The notes: generated from the letters alone by a model not told the origin. A stretch of 64,000 bases of DNA from Azolla caroliniana (GCA_043228905.1 JBHGNT010000015.1:10788001-10852000); one strand, 5' to 3'. Shown: positions 11,101 to 23,245, counted from the first letter of the stretch. Numbers and translations: made by a program.

Positions 11101-13530
11101 AATCGTCAATAAAAGTGACGAAGTAAGAGGCACCGCCTAGAGACTGATGCGGCATTGGGCCACAGACGTCCGAATGGACTAAATCAAGAGGTCTCGTTTC
11201 TCTTGGTGCTGATGTCGGGTGTGACGCGGCTGCTTGTTTGCCATACTGGCAATGCTCGCAGAATTGATGGTCCGAGAAGGAGAGTTTGGGGATGTACCCG
11301 GCTCTGGATAGGTGCGTGATGCCGGCCTTGCTGAGGTGTCCTAATCTTCGGTGCCATAGTGATGACACAGGAATATCCACCAAAAACAGGTTACCCTCTC
11401 TGAGCGTAACATGTAACGGATACAATGAGTGTATCTTAGGTCCTCTAGCAAGCAGGAGGTTCCCCCTGTGGAGTGTCCACCCTCCCGAAGAAAAACCGGC
11501 ACGAATGCCGTCTTCATCTAGTTGTCCGACTGAGATCAATGGCCTTGAGAGCTCGGGTACATGTCGGACATTGTGGAGTACAAGTGTTGAGCCACCTGCA
11601 AGGTTGAGCTCTACTGTGCCGATTCCGATGATGTCACAGTGTTGCGAGTTACCGACTCGAACTGAGTCGGAGTGACGGATCGTATATTGCCGAAATTGGG
11701 ATCGATGAGGAGTCACGTGAAATGACGCGCCCGAATCTAAGAGCCATGTGCTCGACTCTTCAGTCGTGAGTAGAACTTCTGATCCGACTGGATTTTCGAT
11801 TGATAGTATATTCGGGTCGTCTGGTAGCACATCAGCTGAGAAGCTGACGTAGTTGACCTCCTCATGCCGGCCACTCTTCTTGTTGTTCTTGTTCTTGAGT
11901 GCGCGGCAGTCGGCTTTGATGTGTCCGGGTTTCTTGCAATAGTTGCAGATTCGGTTATCCCGTGACTGGCTCCGTCTTCGCTGATTGTTCGGCAGTCGTG
12001 AGGAATCTCTTCCTCGTATGTTCGATCGGTCTGTCGAACCTTGTACTACGTAGGCGTCGTCTGTTGAGTCTTTGGCAAAAGACTTTCTCCGAGCTGCTTC
12101 GGTCAGAATTGCGCTCGTGACTTCGGAGTATTTGACAGCCGTGGTTGACGCGTTGCACACGGTTGTGACGAAAGTTTCCCATGATGAGGGAAGGCTACTC
12201 ATGAGTATCATTGCTCTGAGTTCATCCTCGATTGCCGTCCCCTGTGACGAGATTTGGGAGCTTATGCTTTCGTACTCATTGAGATGTGCTTGGACCGAAT
12301 CGGATTCTTTCATCCGCAAGTTGTAGAGGCGCCGGATCAGAAACATCTTTGTTGCGGCGACCTTCTTTTCGTAGGTGTCCGACAGCGTTTTCCACAGTTC
12401 AAATGCTGTCGTACACGATTGCACCGTAAAGTATACCGATTCCGATAGGTGCATCCGAATCGTGGCGCGGACGATTCTGTCCAGCTTCTGCCACTCAATT
12501 GGTTTGTATCCTTCTGGAGGTTCTTCATTTTCGATGGGATCGATTTGCCCCTTGACTATGAGATAGTCCTGCATTTGTTCCTTCCAGAAGTTGAAGTTCG
12601 ATCCATCGAACTTTCGTAGACTCATTTCTGACGAGCCGGATGTTGATGCCATCAAATTCGGTTTCAGTTGACGAGGCTCGGTTCGGAGTTGACTACGAAC
12701 CTTGTTGGGGTGCAGCCGGTTGGCTCACCCGATATCGTTCTAGTCGGATTTGAACCCGAGTCGGTTCGGCTTCGGATATATATATTGTTGAACTTGCTCG
12801 AGTTGACTCCGGTAACTTGAGGGACAGAACCGACTGGTCTTCCCGAATGTTGCCGAGTCGGAGTGAGCCCGGTTCGCTTCGGATATATATGCCGAATACC
12901 GATTATTGAAACCGATTATCTGGACCGATTCGGCTTCGGGTGACTGCAGCGACGAGAGAGACGGATCCGACTGATCCTCCCGAATGTCGATCAGCCAGAT
13001 GAAGCGCGAATTTGGGTTGTTGTCAAAGTTGCACAAGGGGATTTCACCTCGAGCGGTTACGATCACAAGGAACGGAGTACGACCTGATGGCTTACTCCAA
13101 GCAAGATGATCTAACGCGATGAGATGCAAACCTGGTTTTTTTTTTTCCTTCTTCTCTCTTCTTCGAATGACGCAGGAAACCGAATGCAGAGACGACGGCC
13201 GACAGCGGATTGAAGGACCGACTACTGTGCAGGCTCTGATACCAGATGTTGGAAGCAATGTCGTCTGTGCGGAAGATCTTGAAGCACTCGATTCCTGTTT
13301 ATTCCCTGTGTATGACAGAATGTAGGTCGTTGCACAGAGAGAGAGAGAGAGAGAGAGACACAAAAGAGTTTCTTATTTCATAAAGCAACAATACAACAAC
13401 CAACCTCACAAAGAGGTTACAAGGTCACTATATATAGTGACTGACTTAGGGCAACTACCCTTTATGCTAATTACATAAATGGCCAAAACGGGATAGTGTG
13501 AATACGTCCATTATACACATGTATTCGACA
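8162..13530 (-). mobile_element. Ty1/copia element B (Tork/Tnt1-like), intact and very recent
   Basis: 284-bp LTRs 8162-8445 and 13247-13530 appear identical. PBS-Met 13233-13244, PPT 8446-8452, TSD GCACC (8157-8161, 13531-13535). Confidence 0.97.
8639..12655 (-). CDS. Copia gag-pol polyprotein, 1338 aa (Gag, CCHC knuckle, protease, integrase, RT, RNase H)
   Basis: Uninterrupted ORF with CNYCKKPGHIKADC, WLLDSGASFH, HHCC zinc finger, DDE motifs (HSDVCG, RTDNGGEF, NGIAERMNR), QLDVKTAFLHG, YVDDM, YTDSDFAG, ADGMTK. Confidence 0.97.
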   Translation of the reverse strand: MMASTSGSSEMSLRKFDGSNFNFWKEQMQDYLIVKGQIDPIENEEPPEGYKPIEWQKLDRIVRATIRMHLSESVYFTVQSCTTAFELWKTLSDTYEKKVAATKMFLIRRLYNLRMKESDSVQAHLNEYESISSQISSQGTAIEDELRAMILMSSLPSSWETFVTTVCNASTTAVKYSEVTSAILTEAARRKSFAKDSTDDAYVVQGSTDRSNIRGRDSSRLPNNQRRRSQSRDNRICNYCKKPGHIKADCRALKNKNNKKSGRHEEVNYVSFSADVLPDDPNILSIENPVGSEVLLTTEESSTWLLDSGASFHVTPHRSQFRQYTIRHSDSVRVGNSQHCDIIGIGTVELNLAGGSTLVLHNVRHVPELSRPLISVGQLDEDGIRAGFSSGGWTLHRGNLLLARGPKIHSLYPLHVTLREGNLFLVDIPVSSLWHRRLGHLSKAGITHLSRAGYIPKLSFSDHQFCEHCQYGKQAAASHPTSAPRETRPLDLVHSDVCGPMPHQSLGGASYFVTFIDDSTRKVWAYPIRTKDRVFSIFTDWLAMVENQTDRKLKCLRTDNGGEFKSEEFVKFCRQRGIRREFTAPHSPEQNGIAERMNRTIQERIVSMLQHSGLSDGFWAEALLTAVHIINMSPSRPLGLQIPQELWIGSKPNYDKLRIFGCEAYALIPKDDRRKLAPRSRKCIFLGYGSDGEMGYRLWDPERRQIVRSSDVVFNESAMNPSVEKPIEVRRVTFSDVPTLQEGPALNTRSASRVAEPYTTDSDNSDSAQPNDSVSDHPTSIPDATSPIIPRRSERLSQPPERYSPGIFFTDAGEPTSYEEASTSVDSATWHLAMESEMHSIRANKTWDLVELPRNRRALPCKWVYRLKETSDSTTPKYKARLVAKGFRQEYGVDFDEIFSPVVKMTTLRFLLGVVAADNLELIQLDVKTAFLHGDLEEEIYMEQPKGFVATGQEHLVCRLRKSLYGLKQAPRQWYKKFDDFIQSIGFSKSDEDHCLFTNTAQDGSPIFLIIYVDDMLISGRHAGELADLVRQLRLKFAMKDLGPARHILGMKISRHRDKRHLFLSQTDYIGRVLERFNMQSAKSASTPLPMNLRLSQRDCPTSGSEGEDMKSVPYAPAVGSLMYLMVATRPDISHAVGVVSRFMHNPGRSHWNAVKHVFRYLAGTKDHGILFGPNRTSGVVGYTDSDFAGCIDSRKSTTGYCFKFGNGAISWKSKLQECTATSTTEAEYVAASDAAKEALWLGRLAHTFRQVDHDSAPVVYSDSQGAVALSKNPVHHNASKHIDVRYHFVRDCVISGKIGLEKISTTDNVADGMTKCLSADRFRSLRHQMGVTTNQSG

Positions 13531-13799
13531 GCACCCTCCTCCCACCTTGTATTTATGTGAAGTCTTTCTCCTTTGTTAATATACTTTTACCTGGGGTATT
13601 CTTTGTGTCTTACTCCTTGTCTCTCTCACTCTCTCTCTCATACACACACATAACTCACATCTCTTCCACTTCACAAGAATCATATCCGATTCTTTACAAT
13701 TCATCACAACTCATTTAGTTCAACACCAGTCTTGAGCCCTTAAGCCTACTCTTTGTAACCTTGTTTTCTCATAGTATAATATCATTTCCATTTCCTGTC

Positions 13800-13833
<34 letters not shown>

Positions 13834-13879
13834 AATCACGACACTTACTGCCTTCCGCTACACTATTGTTACAATCATG

Positions 13880-14330
13880 CATTATCACCTATGCTTGTAC
13901 TTCTACTCCTACCTATTTTTACCGCCTCTACAAGTATTCTTATTGCCATCACACATAACTGCCTCTACAAGTAGTGCTTCTCACATCACTCCTTTGTATG
14001 TACCTTAGGACATGGTATTGTTGTCATCACTCCTTACTGCCTTTGTAAGTATTGTTGTTGCAATCGTTCCTTACTGCCTTTGCATGTATTGTTGCTATAG
14101 TCCCTCTTTACCTCCTATGTTTGTACCACCGCTACAATTGTTCATTACCACCTCTACAAGTAGTTTGGTTGCCATCACTCCTTCACACGTGCCTCAACAC
14201 ATTGTATTGTTTTCATTGGTCCTTACTTCCTCTACAAGTACCGTCGCGGCAATCGCTCCTCACAAGTAGCATTAGTTATTTTCCCACCCTCTTGCATGTG
14301 GTATAGTAATTCCTTCCTCTTACCAATGGT
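13880..14330. repeat. Diverged tandem/minisatellite-like array
   Basis: Recurring motifs GCCTCTACAAGTAG, CCATCACTCCT and TATTGTTG. Confidence 0.55.
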
Positions 14331-14416
14331 CACATCGATACAATGCACGTAAAATTCGTTATTTTCCCCCATTTACATCTCATTCTTCTTTTTAATTAGC
14401 TAATCAAGATTTTTCA

Positions 14417-14747
14417 ATGGAAGCAGAAGTAGAGTGTTTATCATAGCCCCTAGGAATCTTAAAGAAAGGGGTATGGTTATTAGTGAACAACAAGTGATAA
14501 TAAAATATTGGGAAGAAAAAAAGGAAACATCGAGAAATGTTAAAGGGTAAGCTAGACACCTCAACTAAAAGCAAGGATGATACTAATTGTGATGTAGATT
14601 TGGAAATCACTGAGAATGGAAGAAATGAAAGTAAAATTATAGTAGAAAGATTCCAGGACTATTTCAATAGTTTGACCAAGCACATGAGTTATGAAGACAA
14701 GAAGATAATACTTAATGGAATATTAAGTGATACGTGAATAAAAGATA
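14417..14747 (+). pseudogene. Decayed ORF, 5' part, continuing at 23351; putative Sola2-like transposase N-terminus
   Basis: AT-rich coding-like sequence (MLKGKLDT...ILNGILSD) cut by copia C at TSD AGATA; the coding-like sequence resumes on the far side of the insertion. Confidence 0.4.
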
Positions 14748-15830
14748 TGTTGAGTGACAAACTCAACATTGAGTGCGTAACACGGTCCATAACCCAGTGC
14801 GTAGACTGGGTGCGTAAAACAGTACGCATAACGTGGTCGTATCGGTGCGTAAACCGAAAGGTCGTTAGTATGGTATTCCTCGTAAGGAATAATTTTGGGA
14901 GTTAGTGTAGTAGGCTCATTTATGAGCAGTCAAGTACTGTCAGTACTTGTGTCAGCCCGATAGTCAGGGCTTGTATAAAAGGTGCTCATTGAGCACGAAG
15001 TATGTACAGAGTGTCATTATTTTGAAATAGAACTGAGTTGTCCACAATACAATATCGACAGCGCAGTCAATCGATACAAGGCCTGTTTAGTTGCCAAAGG
15101 CTAATCGTAGAAGAACGGCATGGACTACAACGAGACCTTCGCGCCTGTCGTGAAGATGACTATCGTGCGTATTTTGCTAGCCATAGCTGCGGCAAAGGGG
15201 TGGCACTTACATCAAATGGATGTAAAGAACGCGTTCCTACAAGGTGATCTTGAGGAACAGGTGTACATGGTACAACCCTCCCGGATTTCTATCCAAACAA
15301 AACACTTCGGCAGTTTTCTAACTAAAGAAGTCACTCTACGGACTTAAGCAAGCCCCGCGAGCCTGGAACGCGAAGATTACACAACAGCTGCATAGGATGG
15401 GGTTTACGACGTCGAAATCGGACTCTTCACTATCTGTTTGGCAAGGTCAATATGGACCGGTTAGCCTTCTACTGTATGTTGATTATGTAGTCATCGTTGG
15501 TGCCGACCTGGACAAAATCCGTCGTGTAAAGTCTCAACTTGCGGCATCATTCGAAATGAAGTATCTTGGAGACCTTCACTACTTTCTCAGGATCGAAGTG
15601 ATCCGCACCCCCGAAGGCATATTGATCAGCCAGCGTCATTACGCATTGAATATGCTCTTCAAGTTCGGGATGGCCAACTGTAAGCCCATCTTGACCCCTT
15701 TGGATAGAAACGCAAAGCTTCGCCGTGATTCGGGAAAGGCATGCGACCCAACACGGTTTCAACAAATTGTCGGAAGCCTGATATATTTGACGATCACTAG
15801 GCCGGACCTCAGCTACCCGGTCGGACTTAT

Positions 15831-18800
15831 TGTAAAAGAATAGTGTGTGCGGAAGTGTATGCAAAACACAGAGTACACAGTTTGGAGAACTCAGAAAACA
15901 TAGAGATGGAGATGGAGATGAGAGAAAGACAGAGAGAGTAGAAAACTCAGTTCTATATCAAAATAATGACACTTTGTTCACTACATACTTCGTGCTCAGT
16001 GACCACCTTATATATAAGCCTTGACAATCGGGCTGACACAAGTACTGACAGTACTTGAATGCTCATAAATGAGCCTCGACACTCACTCCCAAAATTATTC
16101 CCCTATTTCGGATGTCCTCAGCTCCTTCTTATGCTTACGGCCCTTGCTTCCATCTTCATCTTCTTCAGTCAGTTCGAAGTCAAATTCTCCATCCGACTCC
16201 GCATCTCGGTCATTTCCGCCGCGATGCTTACCTTCACTCCTTTCACACTCTTGTCCCTGTTCTTCCTTGCTCCCCCTCAAGTTCAGCGTGTCGAGGTGAC
16301 ACAACCCTACCTCAACCAAGAAATGTCGTAACTTGTCGAGACCAAGAGGTTTTGTGAAGATGTCAGCAATCTGCCGATTAGTCGAAACATGCACCAATTC
16401 GACTCCTCCTGAAAGGACCCACTCGCGGACAAAATGATAATGCACCTCAATGTGCTTGGTCCGGGCATGGAACGCGGGGTTTTTCGCAAGGTGGATACTG
16501 CTAAGGTTGTCACAATAGATTGTCGTCGAATCACAAACCTCTACATGCAGATCCCGTAATAGCCATTTCAGCCAAATGACTTCGTAGGTAGCAACAGTCG
16601 CCCCTCGATATTCGGCCTCCATGCTCAACAGTGCCACTATCGGCTGCTTCTTGCTGCTCCATGCGATCACTGCACTTCCCAATGAGAATGCGTATCCAGA
16701 ACTGGATCGACGATCGTGGGCATTTCCAGCCCAATCGGCATCCATGTAGCGGACTAACTGTTCGGCTATGCCTACCCGATAAAACAACGCCATGTCTTTC
16801 GTGCCGCTGACATAACACAGTATCCGTTGCGCACACTTAAAGTGTTCGGCCATAGGTTGCGACATGAATTGACTGATTAGGCCAACTGGATAACTAAGAT
16901 CTGGCCGAGTAATCGTCATATAGATAAGGCTTCTGACATCCTGTCAGAACCGTGTCGGGTCGCACGCCTTCCCCGAATCTCGGCGAAGCTTTGCGTTTTT
17001 GTCTAGAGGGGTCGAGATGGGCTTACAGTGTGCCATCCCGAACTTGAAGAGCATATTCAGCACGTAATGACGTTGGCTGATCAATATGCCTTCGGGGGTA
17101 CGGATCACTTCGATCTCGAGGAAGTAATGAAGGTCTTCGATATCCTTCATTTCAAATGATGCCGCAAGTTGAGACTTCATGCGGCGGATTTCGTCAAGGT
17201 CAACACCAACAATGACTAAATCATCAACATACAACAGCAGGCTGACCGGTCCATATTGACCTTGCCAAACAAATAGAGAAGAGTCTGACTTCAAAGGCGC
17301 AAACCCCATCTTACGCAACTATTGCGTAATCTTTGTGTTCCAAGCTCGTGGGGCTTGCTTTAATCCGTATAAGGACTTCTTCAATCAGCAAACTGCCGAG
17401 GTGTTTTGTTCGAATAGAAATCCGAGGGGTTGTACCATGTACACCTGCTCCTCAAGATCACATTGTAGGAACGTGTTCTTTACATCCATCTAATGTAAGT
17501 GCCACTCCTTTGCCGCGGCTACCGCGAGCAAAACACGGACGGTAGTCATCTTCGCGACAAGCACGAAGGTCTCATCATAGTCCACGTCGTGCTTCAGCGT
17601 GTAGCCTTTCGCTACTAAACGGGCCTTGTAGCGGTTGACAGAGCCATCTGTGTTGTATTTCACCTTATACACCCATCTGCATCCGATCGGCTTTACACCT
17701 TTTGGTGCGTCAACCAGGTCCCATGTCTCGTTTTCGGCTAATGCGCACATCTCTTCCTCCATTGCGGCACGCCATTTCGCATCTTTCGTCGCTTCTGCGT
17801 AGCTCTCCGGCTCACGCACTTCCACCACTCGCGTCATGTACGCGTAATGGTGTGCCATGTACTCATTATACCTGTATCTCCTTACGGGGTTCTTGAGGCG
17901 GGTAGATCGGCGTAATTTGTGATTACCCGATTTCACGACCTTTTCGGCTACCGTCGACCTCTTCCGTGGAGGTTCCTTCTCGACTGGCTCGAGGTCAGAT
18001 TCGCTTCGAACTGACTCGGCACTACCGAAATCGTATTCCGACGTCTTCTTCTTCCCCTTCTCCTGGCGCTTAAACCGTCTCCTCGGTTCTTTACGCGGGG
18101 ACATCACGACCGAGTCTCCACTACTCGTCGGCTCATCATCTGGTTGGCCATCTCGGCCCAACCCCTCATTCGGCCCACTCAGCCGAAATGGGATCAGACT
18201 CTCTCTCAGAACTCTGTTTACTTCATCGTGTGAAAGCATTTCAGCCTCGCTGATTTCTTCTTCAGAAATCGGAATGGAGTCTTGAGGTTCTGGAGGAGAA
18301 GGCAAGTACCACGAAGCGGACTCGTCAAATACGATATCGCAGCTTATGTGTACTTCCTTCATTTGGGGATTATAGCACTTATACCCCTTCTGCTCGTCTG
18401 AATAGCCGACCAAGATACATTTCTCGGATTTGGCATCCAGCTTCCTCCTCTTTTCCTTCGGCACATGCACATAAGCAATGCTACCAAAAATCCTCAAGTG
18501 TGCCAAGTTCGGCTTCTTCCCGAAATACAGCTCATGTGGCGACACTCCTCCGTTAGCAAAAGTCCAATTCTGCAGGTAGACAACCGTCTTCACGGCTTCG
18601 GCCCAATAAAATTTCGGCATATGCTTCTCTTCAAGCATTTCCCTGGCCGCTTCTTCAATTGTCCAATTCTTCCGCTCGGCTACGCCGTTCTGCTCCGGCA
18701 TATATATCTAAATGAGAATTTGTGTTGAATTCCCTCCTTCCGTAGATAACATGTGAACTGGTCGGAGAAGTACTCCTTCCCGCCATCGGATCATAGGCAT

Positions 18801-21060
18801 TTGATCTTACGCCCCATTTCCCTTTCCGCGAGGCTCTTCACCTCCAGGAAACATGTGAAAACTTCGCTCTTCTTTGCGATTGTGCATGCCCACGTGTGCC
18901 GAGTGAAATCATCGATGAAGGTTACAAAGTAACGGCTTCCACCAAGACTCACGTTCTGTGCCGGTCCCCACACATCCGAATGGATCAAATCGAGCGGATT
19001 ATGGCTCCGATTACGCTCATTGGGGAATCGAAGTCGGTGTTGTTTTCCCATCTGACAGGCCTCGCAGACTTGGCCATTCCGGCCACGAAATTTCAGCAAC
19101 CCGAAAACAATGTTCTTCATCTGCATTTCACGAAGCCGTGGGAAATTTACATGGCCGAACCGCTTGTGCCACAGGTCAATATCCGATTCAACCCTTTGTC
19201 CTTTTGCATACAATGTAGTTCCGGCTTGATTGGTGTTGAGGATAAACATCCTCCCTTCACGGCGCCCTTGCGCAATTACTTTGCCTTCCTCTTCTATGAA
19301 GCAACTGAGGTGCGTGAATCGAACTTGCATACCTTGGTCGACGATCCGACCGACCGACACCAAGTTCTTCGTTATTGTTGGGACGTGCAACACGTTCATT
19401 AGCTTCCCTTTCTGTCCAACGTGGTTGAGGGGAACTTCGCCAACATGTTCGATGGCATGCGGGGTGTCATCTCCCGTTTTGACAACACCTCATGATTCCG
19501 GCTTCTCCAAGTATGAGAACCACTCCTCGTGGCTCATCATATGATTTGATGCTCCGGAATCAACATACCACACCTCGCTTGATTTTGAGGTGTTCATGGC
19601 CATAGAATTGGCCTTATGCCTCATTACGAAGGTTGGGCCCGTTTTGTTTCCGGCTCGTTCAGAGTCTTCTGCGTAGTGCGATCTCTGACGCCTCTCTGCA
19701 TCTCTTCGGTTCGATCCGGCTTTGTCCGAATCAGCTCGCTTTTTCCAGCACTCGCTCTCCTTGTGGCCTTTCTTGCCACACTACCAGCAATCCGGCGTGA
19801 CCTTCTCTTGTCGTCTTCCGGCGCCGCCATGACTCCCCCTACTTGTGGAGGGTTCGGAATTGCTTCCGGCATCTCGATTATGCTGTAGATTACGCCACCT
19901 CATCCACCACGACCACGGGGCCTGACATCCTCCGTGTAAAGCATCTTGCCATCGGCGTGCGCACTTGTCGACGCACCCGTGTGGTTTTCTTCTACGAGCA
20001 ACATTGACTAAAGCTCGAAAAACAAAGGCGTAATCTCCCTCGTGCAGACTGTCGTTCAGAAAGGTCCGAACTTTGACGCCAAGCCACCAAGACAAACCTG
20101 CACCATTTCATCTTCCTTGACATTCACGTTGACAGAGGCGAGAGAGGCGCAGATTTCTTTGATCTTGGTGGTGTAATCAGCCACCGACATATGTCTTTGT
20201 CGTACATTGTTGAGCTCCTGTCTGAGCTGCAACTTTCTGGCCATTGTGCTGGTGGCGAAAATCCTTTTGAGATTCGCCCACGCGTCTTTCGGCGTCTTGG
20301 CATCCCGAATATAGCTCAAAAGTGGATCGCTCACACAGGATGCGAAGCAGTACAATACTTTGCTTGCCGCTTGTTCACAAGCCGAATAGTCCCTGTGTGT
20401 CGAGTCGGGTGCCACATCGTTTGCTCCTTCGACATAACTCTAGTAGCCATGGACGAGCAGGTACTGGTGCATCTTGTAAGACCAAGATGCGTAGTTGCTT
20501 CTGTCAAGCTTTTCAGTCGGAAGTGAGCTTCCCATTCCTCTGTCAATAGTACTGTCTTTTTCTTCTCTGAACGCGAACAACTTTAACTCTGTTTCGTCAC
20601 TAACTTTTCTTGTCGGCTGCAGAGGACTTCAACCCTCGCGCTCTGATACCATGTAAAAGAATAGTGTGTGCGGAAGCGTATGCGAAACACAGAGTACACA
20701 GTTTGGAGAACTCAGAAAACATAGAGATGGAGATGGAGATGAGAGAGAGACAGAGAGAGCAGACAACTCAATTCTATATCAAAATAATGACACTTTGTTC
20801 ACTACATACTTCGTGCTCAGTGAGCACCTTATATACAAGCCTTGACAATCGAGCTGACACAAGTACTGACAGTACTTGAATGCTCATAAATGAGCCTCGA
20901 CGCTCACTCCCAAAATTATTCCTTACGAGGAATATCTCTCTAATGGCCTTTTGGTTTACACACCGATACGACCAAGTTGTGTGTACTAACTTACACATCT
21001 ACTCTACGCATTGGGTTACGCGCCGTATTACGCACCCAATGTTGAGCTTGTCACTCAACA
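15831..21060 (-). mobile_element. Ty1/copia element D (degenerate), same lineage as C/E
   Basis: 5' LTR 20652-21060, PBS 20640-20651, 3' LTR 15831-~16103 (truncated by deletion), TSD CTTAT/CTGAT with one mismatch, gag-PR-IN-RT-RH fragments on the minus strand. Confidence 0.9.
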
Positions 21061-21075
21061 CTGATCAATCAATTT

Positions 21076-22047
21076 ATGTCGCAGCCTACGGCCGAACACT
21101 TTCAATGCATGCAAAGGATATTGCGATATGTCAGCGGCACGAAAGACATGGCGTTGATGTATCGGGCAGGCGTAGCCGAACAAATGGTTGGCTACACGGA
21201 TGCCGATTGGGCCGAAAACGCCAGTGATCGTAGATCCACATCTCGATACGCCTTCTCATTAGGAAGTGCAGAGATCGCGTGGAGAAGTAAGAAGCAGTTA
21301 ACAGTAGCACTGTCGAGCACGGAGGCCGAATATCGAGGGGCGACTGTCGCTACATGCAAAGTCATTTGGCTGAAACGATTGTTACGGGATCTGCATGTGG
21401 AGGTGTCTAATCCGACGATGATCTATTGTGACAACCTTAGCATTATCCACCTTGCGAAAAACCTTGTATTCCATGCCCGGACCAAGCACATTGAAGTGCA
21501 TTATCATTTTGTCCGCGAGTGGGTCCTTTTAGGTGATGTTGAACTAGCGTATGTTCCGACAAATCGACAAGTTGTTGACATTTTCACCAAGCCTCTTGGT
21601 CTCAACAAGTTGCAGCATTTCTCAAGTGAGCTTGGGTTGCGTCACCTCGACACGCCAAACTTGAGGGGGAGACAAGAACAAGAGAGTGAAAGGAGCGGAG
21701 GTGATCATCACGGCGGAAGTGACCGTGATGCGGAGTCGGATGAAGAATTCGATTTCGGGCCGGCTGAAGAAGCCGATGAAGAGAGCAAGGGTCGTAATCG
21801 TAGGGAAGAGCCGAGGACAGCCGAATCAGGGGGAGGTAAGGCGAAGACCAAGATGTGGTCTGACATTGTCAAAGGCCTAAAGACTGAAGACGAATTGGAG
21901 ACAGCCAATTCGGATGTAAGTGGAATTGAATCGGAAGAGACCGATTTAATTGAAATGTTCGATTCGGATATTACGAATCGACTAAGGGCCATGCGGAGGA
22001 AAGGGCAGCGGAAGAGGCGCCAACACCACGACAACAAGGGAGCTTAG
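21076..22047 (+). pseudogene. Copia C RNase H with ~125-aa acidic/basic C-terminal extension
   Basis: YTDADWA...DIFTKPLG...NLRG, then QEQESERS...WSDIVKGLKTEDELETANSD...RRKGQRKRRQ. Confidence 0.8.
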
Positions 22048-23153
22048 AAGGGCCAAATGAGTAGACTAGCTGACCAGAAGGGTCGAGGAGCGCGGAATCG
22101 AACAGGTCGAGGAACGCGAGCAAGGCGTGAAGCCAAGAAAAGCCGGAGTGAAGATCCGGAGGAGCATGTGGAACTTCAAGTTGAGCTTGAGGGGGAGTGT
22201 TGAGTGACAAGCTCAACATTGGGTGCGTAACACGGTCCGTAACCCAATGGGTAGACTAGGTGTGTAAAACAGTACGCATAATGTGGTTGTATCGGTGCAT
22301 AAACCGAAAGGCCATTAGTATGGTATTCCTCGTAAGGAATAATTTTGGGAGTTAGTGTAGTAGGCTCATTTATGAGCAATCAAGTACTGTCAATACTTGT
22401 GTCAGCTCGATAGTCAGGGCTTGTATAAAAGGTGCTCATTGAGCACGAAGTATATACAAAGTGTCATTATTTTGAAATAGAACTGATTGTTCTGCTCTCT
22501 CTCTCTGTCTCTCCCTCTCCATCTCCATCTCTATGTTTTGTGTGTTTTACCAAACTGTCATTCTCCGAACTATGTAGTCTATGTTTCGTATATGCTTCCG
22601 CACACGTATTCTTTTACAATTGGAGACAGCCAATTTGGATGTAAGTGGAATTGAATCGGAAGAGACCGATTCAATCGAGATGTTTGATTCGGATATTACC
22701 GCAATAGCAAGGGAGCTGAGAAGGGCCAAATGAGCAGACTAGCCGACAAGAAGGGTCGAGGAGCACGTAATCGAAGAGGTTGAGGAACTCGAGCAAGGCG
22801 TGAAGCCAGGAAGATCCGGAGGAGGATGTGGAACTTCAAGTTGAGCTTGAGGGGGAGTGTTGAGTGACAAGCTCAACATTGGGTGCGTAACACGGTCCGT
22901 AACCCAATGCGTAGACTGGGTGTGTAAAACAGTACGCATAACGTGGCCGTATCGGTGCGTAAACCGAAAGGCCGTTAGTATGGTATTCCTCGTAAGGAAT
23001 GATTTTGGGAGTTAGTGTAGTAGGCTCATTTATGAGCAGTCAAGTACTGTCAGTACTTGTGTCAGCCTGATAGCCAAGGCTTGTATAAAAGGTGCTCACT
23101 GAGCACGAAGTATGTACAGAGTGTCATTATTTTAAAATAGAACTGAGTTGTTT

Positions 23154-23154
<1 letters not shown>

Positions 23155-23240
<86 letters not shown>
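23155..23240. repeat. (CT)n microsatellite expanded inside an LTR
   Basis: About 40 CT units, versus a short tract in the sister LTR at 22198-22618. Confidence 0.9.

Positions 23241-23245
<5 letters not shown>

Larger units (their letters stand above)
2349..13698 (+). mobile_element. Ty1/copia element A, full-length but degenerate; hosts a MITE, a solo LTR and copia B
   Basis: 5' LTR 2349-2744 (TG..CA), PBS TGGTATCAGAGC 2745-2756, PPT ttgaggggg, 3' LTR 7939-8161 + 13536-13698, TSD ATTCA at 2344-2348 and 13699-13703. Confidence 0.93.
1..13873 (+). mobile_element. Ty3/gypsy chromovirus (Tcn1-like) element 'G1'; 5' part lies outside the window; 3' LTR split by copia A
   Basis: RT-connection/RNase H (LEVDASDFAL, YEIHDKELLAIV), integrase (PWKSISWDFITDLP, SDQGPQF, NGQSERTNQ) and a truncated chromodomain (EYEVATILD). 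PPT gaagagggggg precedes the LTR start TGTCATGA at 2089. The LTR resumes at 13704 and probably ends ...CACTATTGTTACA at 13873, by analogy with the G2 LTR end. Confidence 0.85.

Noticed and set aside
12740-13363. 207-aa ORF over the copia B LTR and 5' UTR as an extra gene
   Set aside because: Starts at a non-ATG codon at a CT microsatellite and is not conserved as a frame in the related element I leader.
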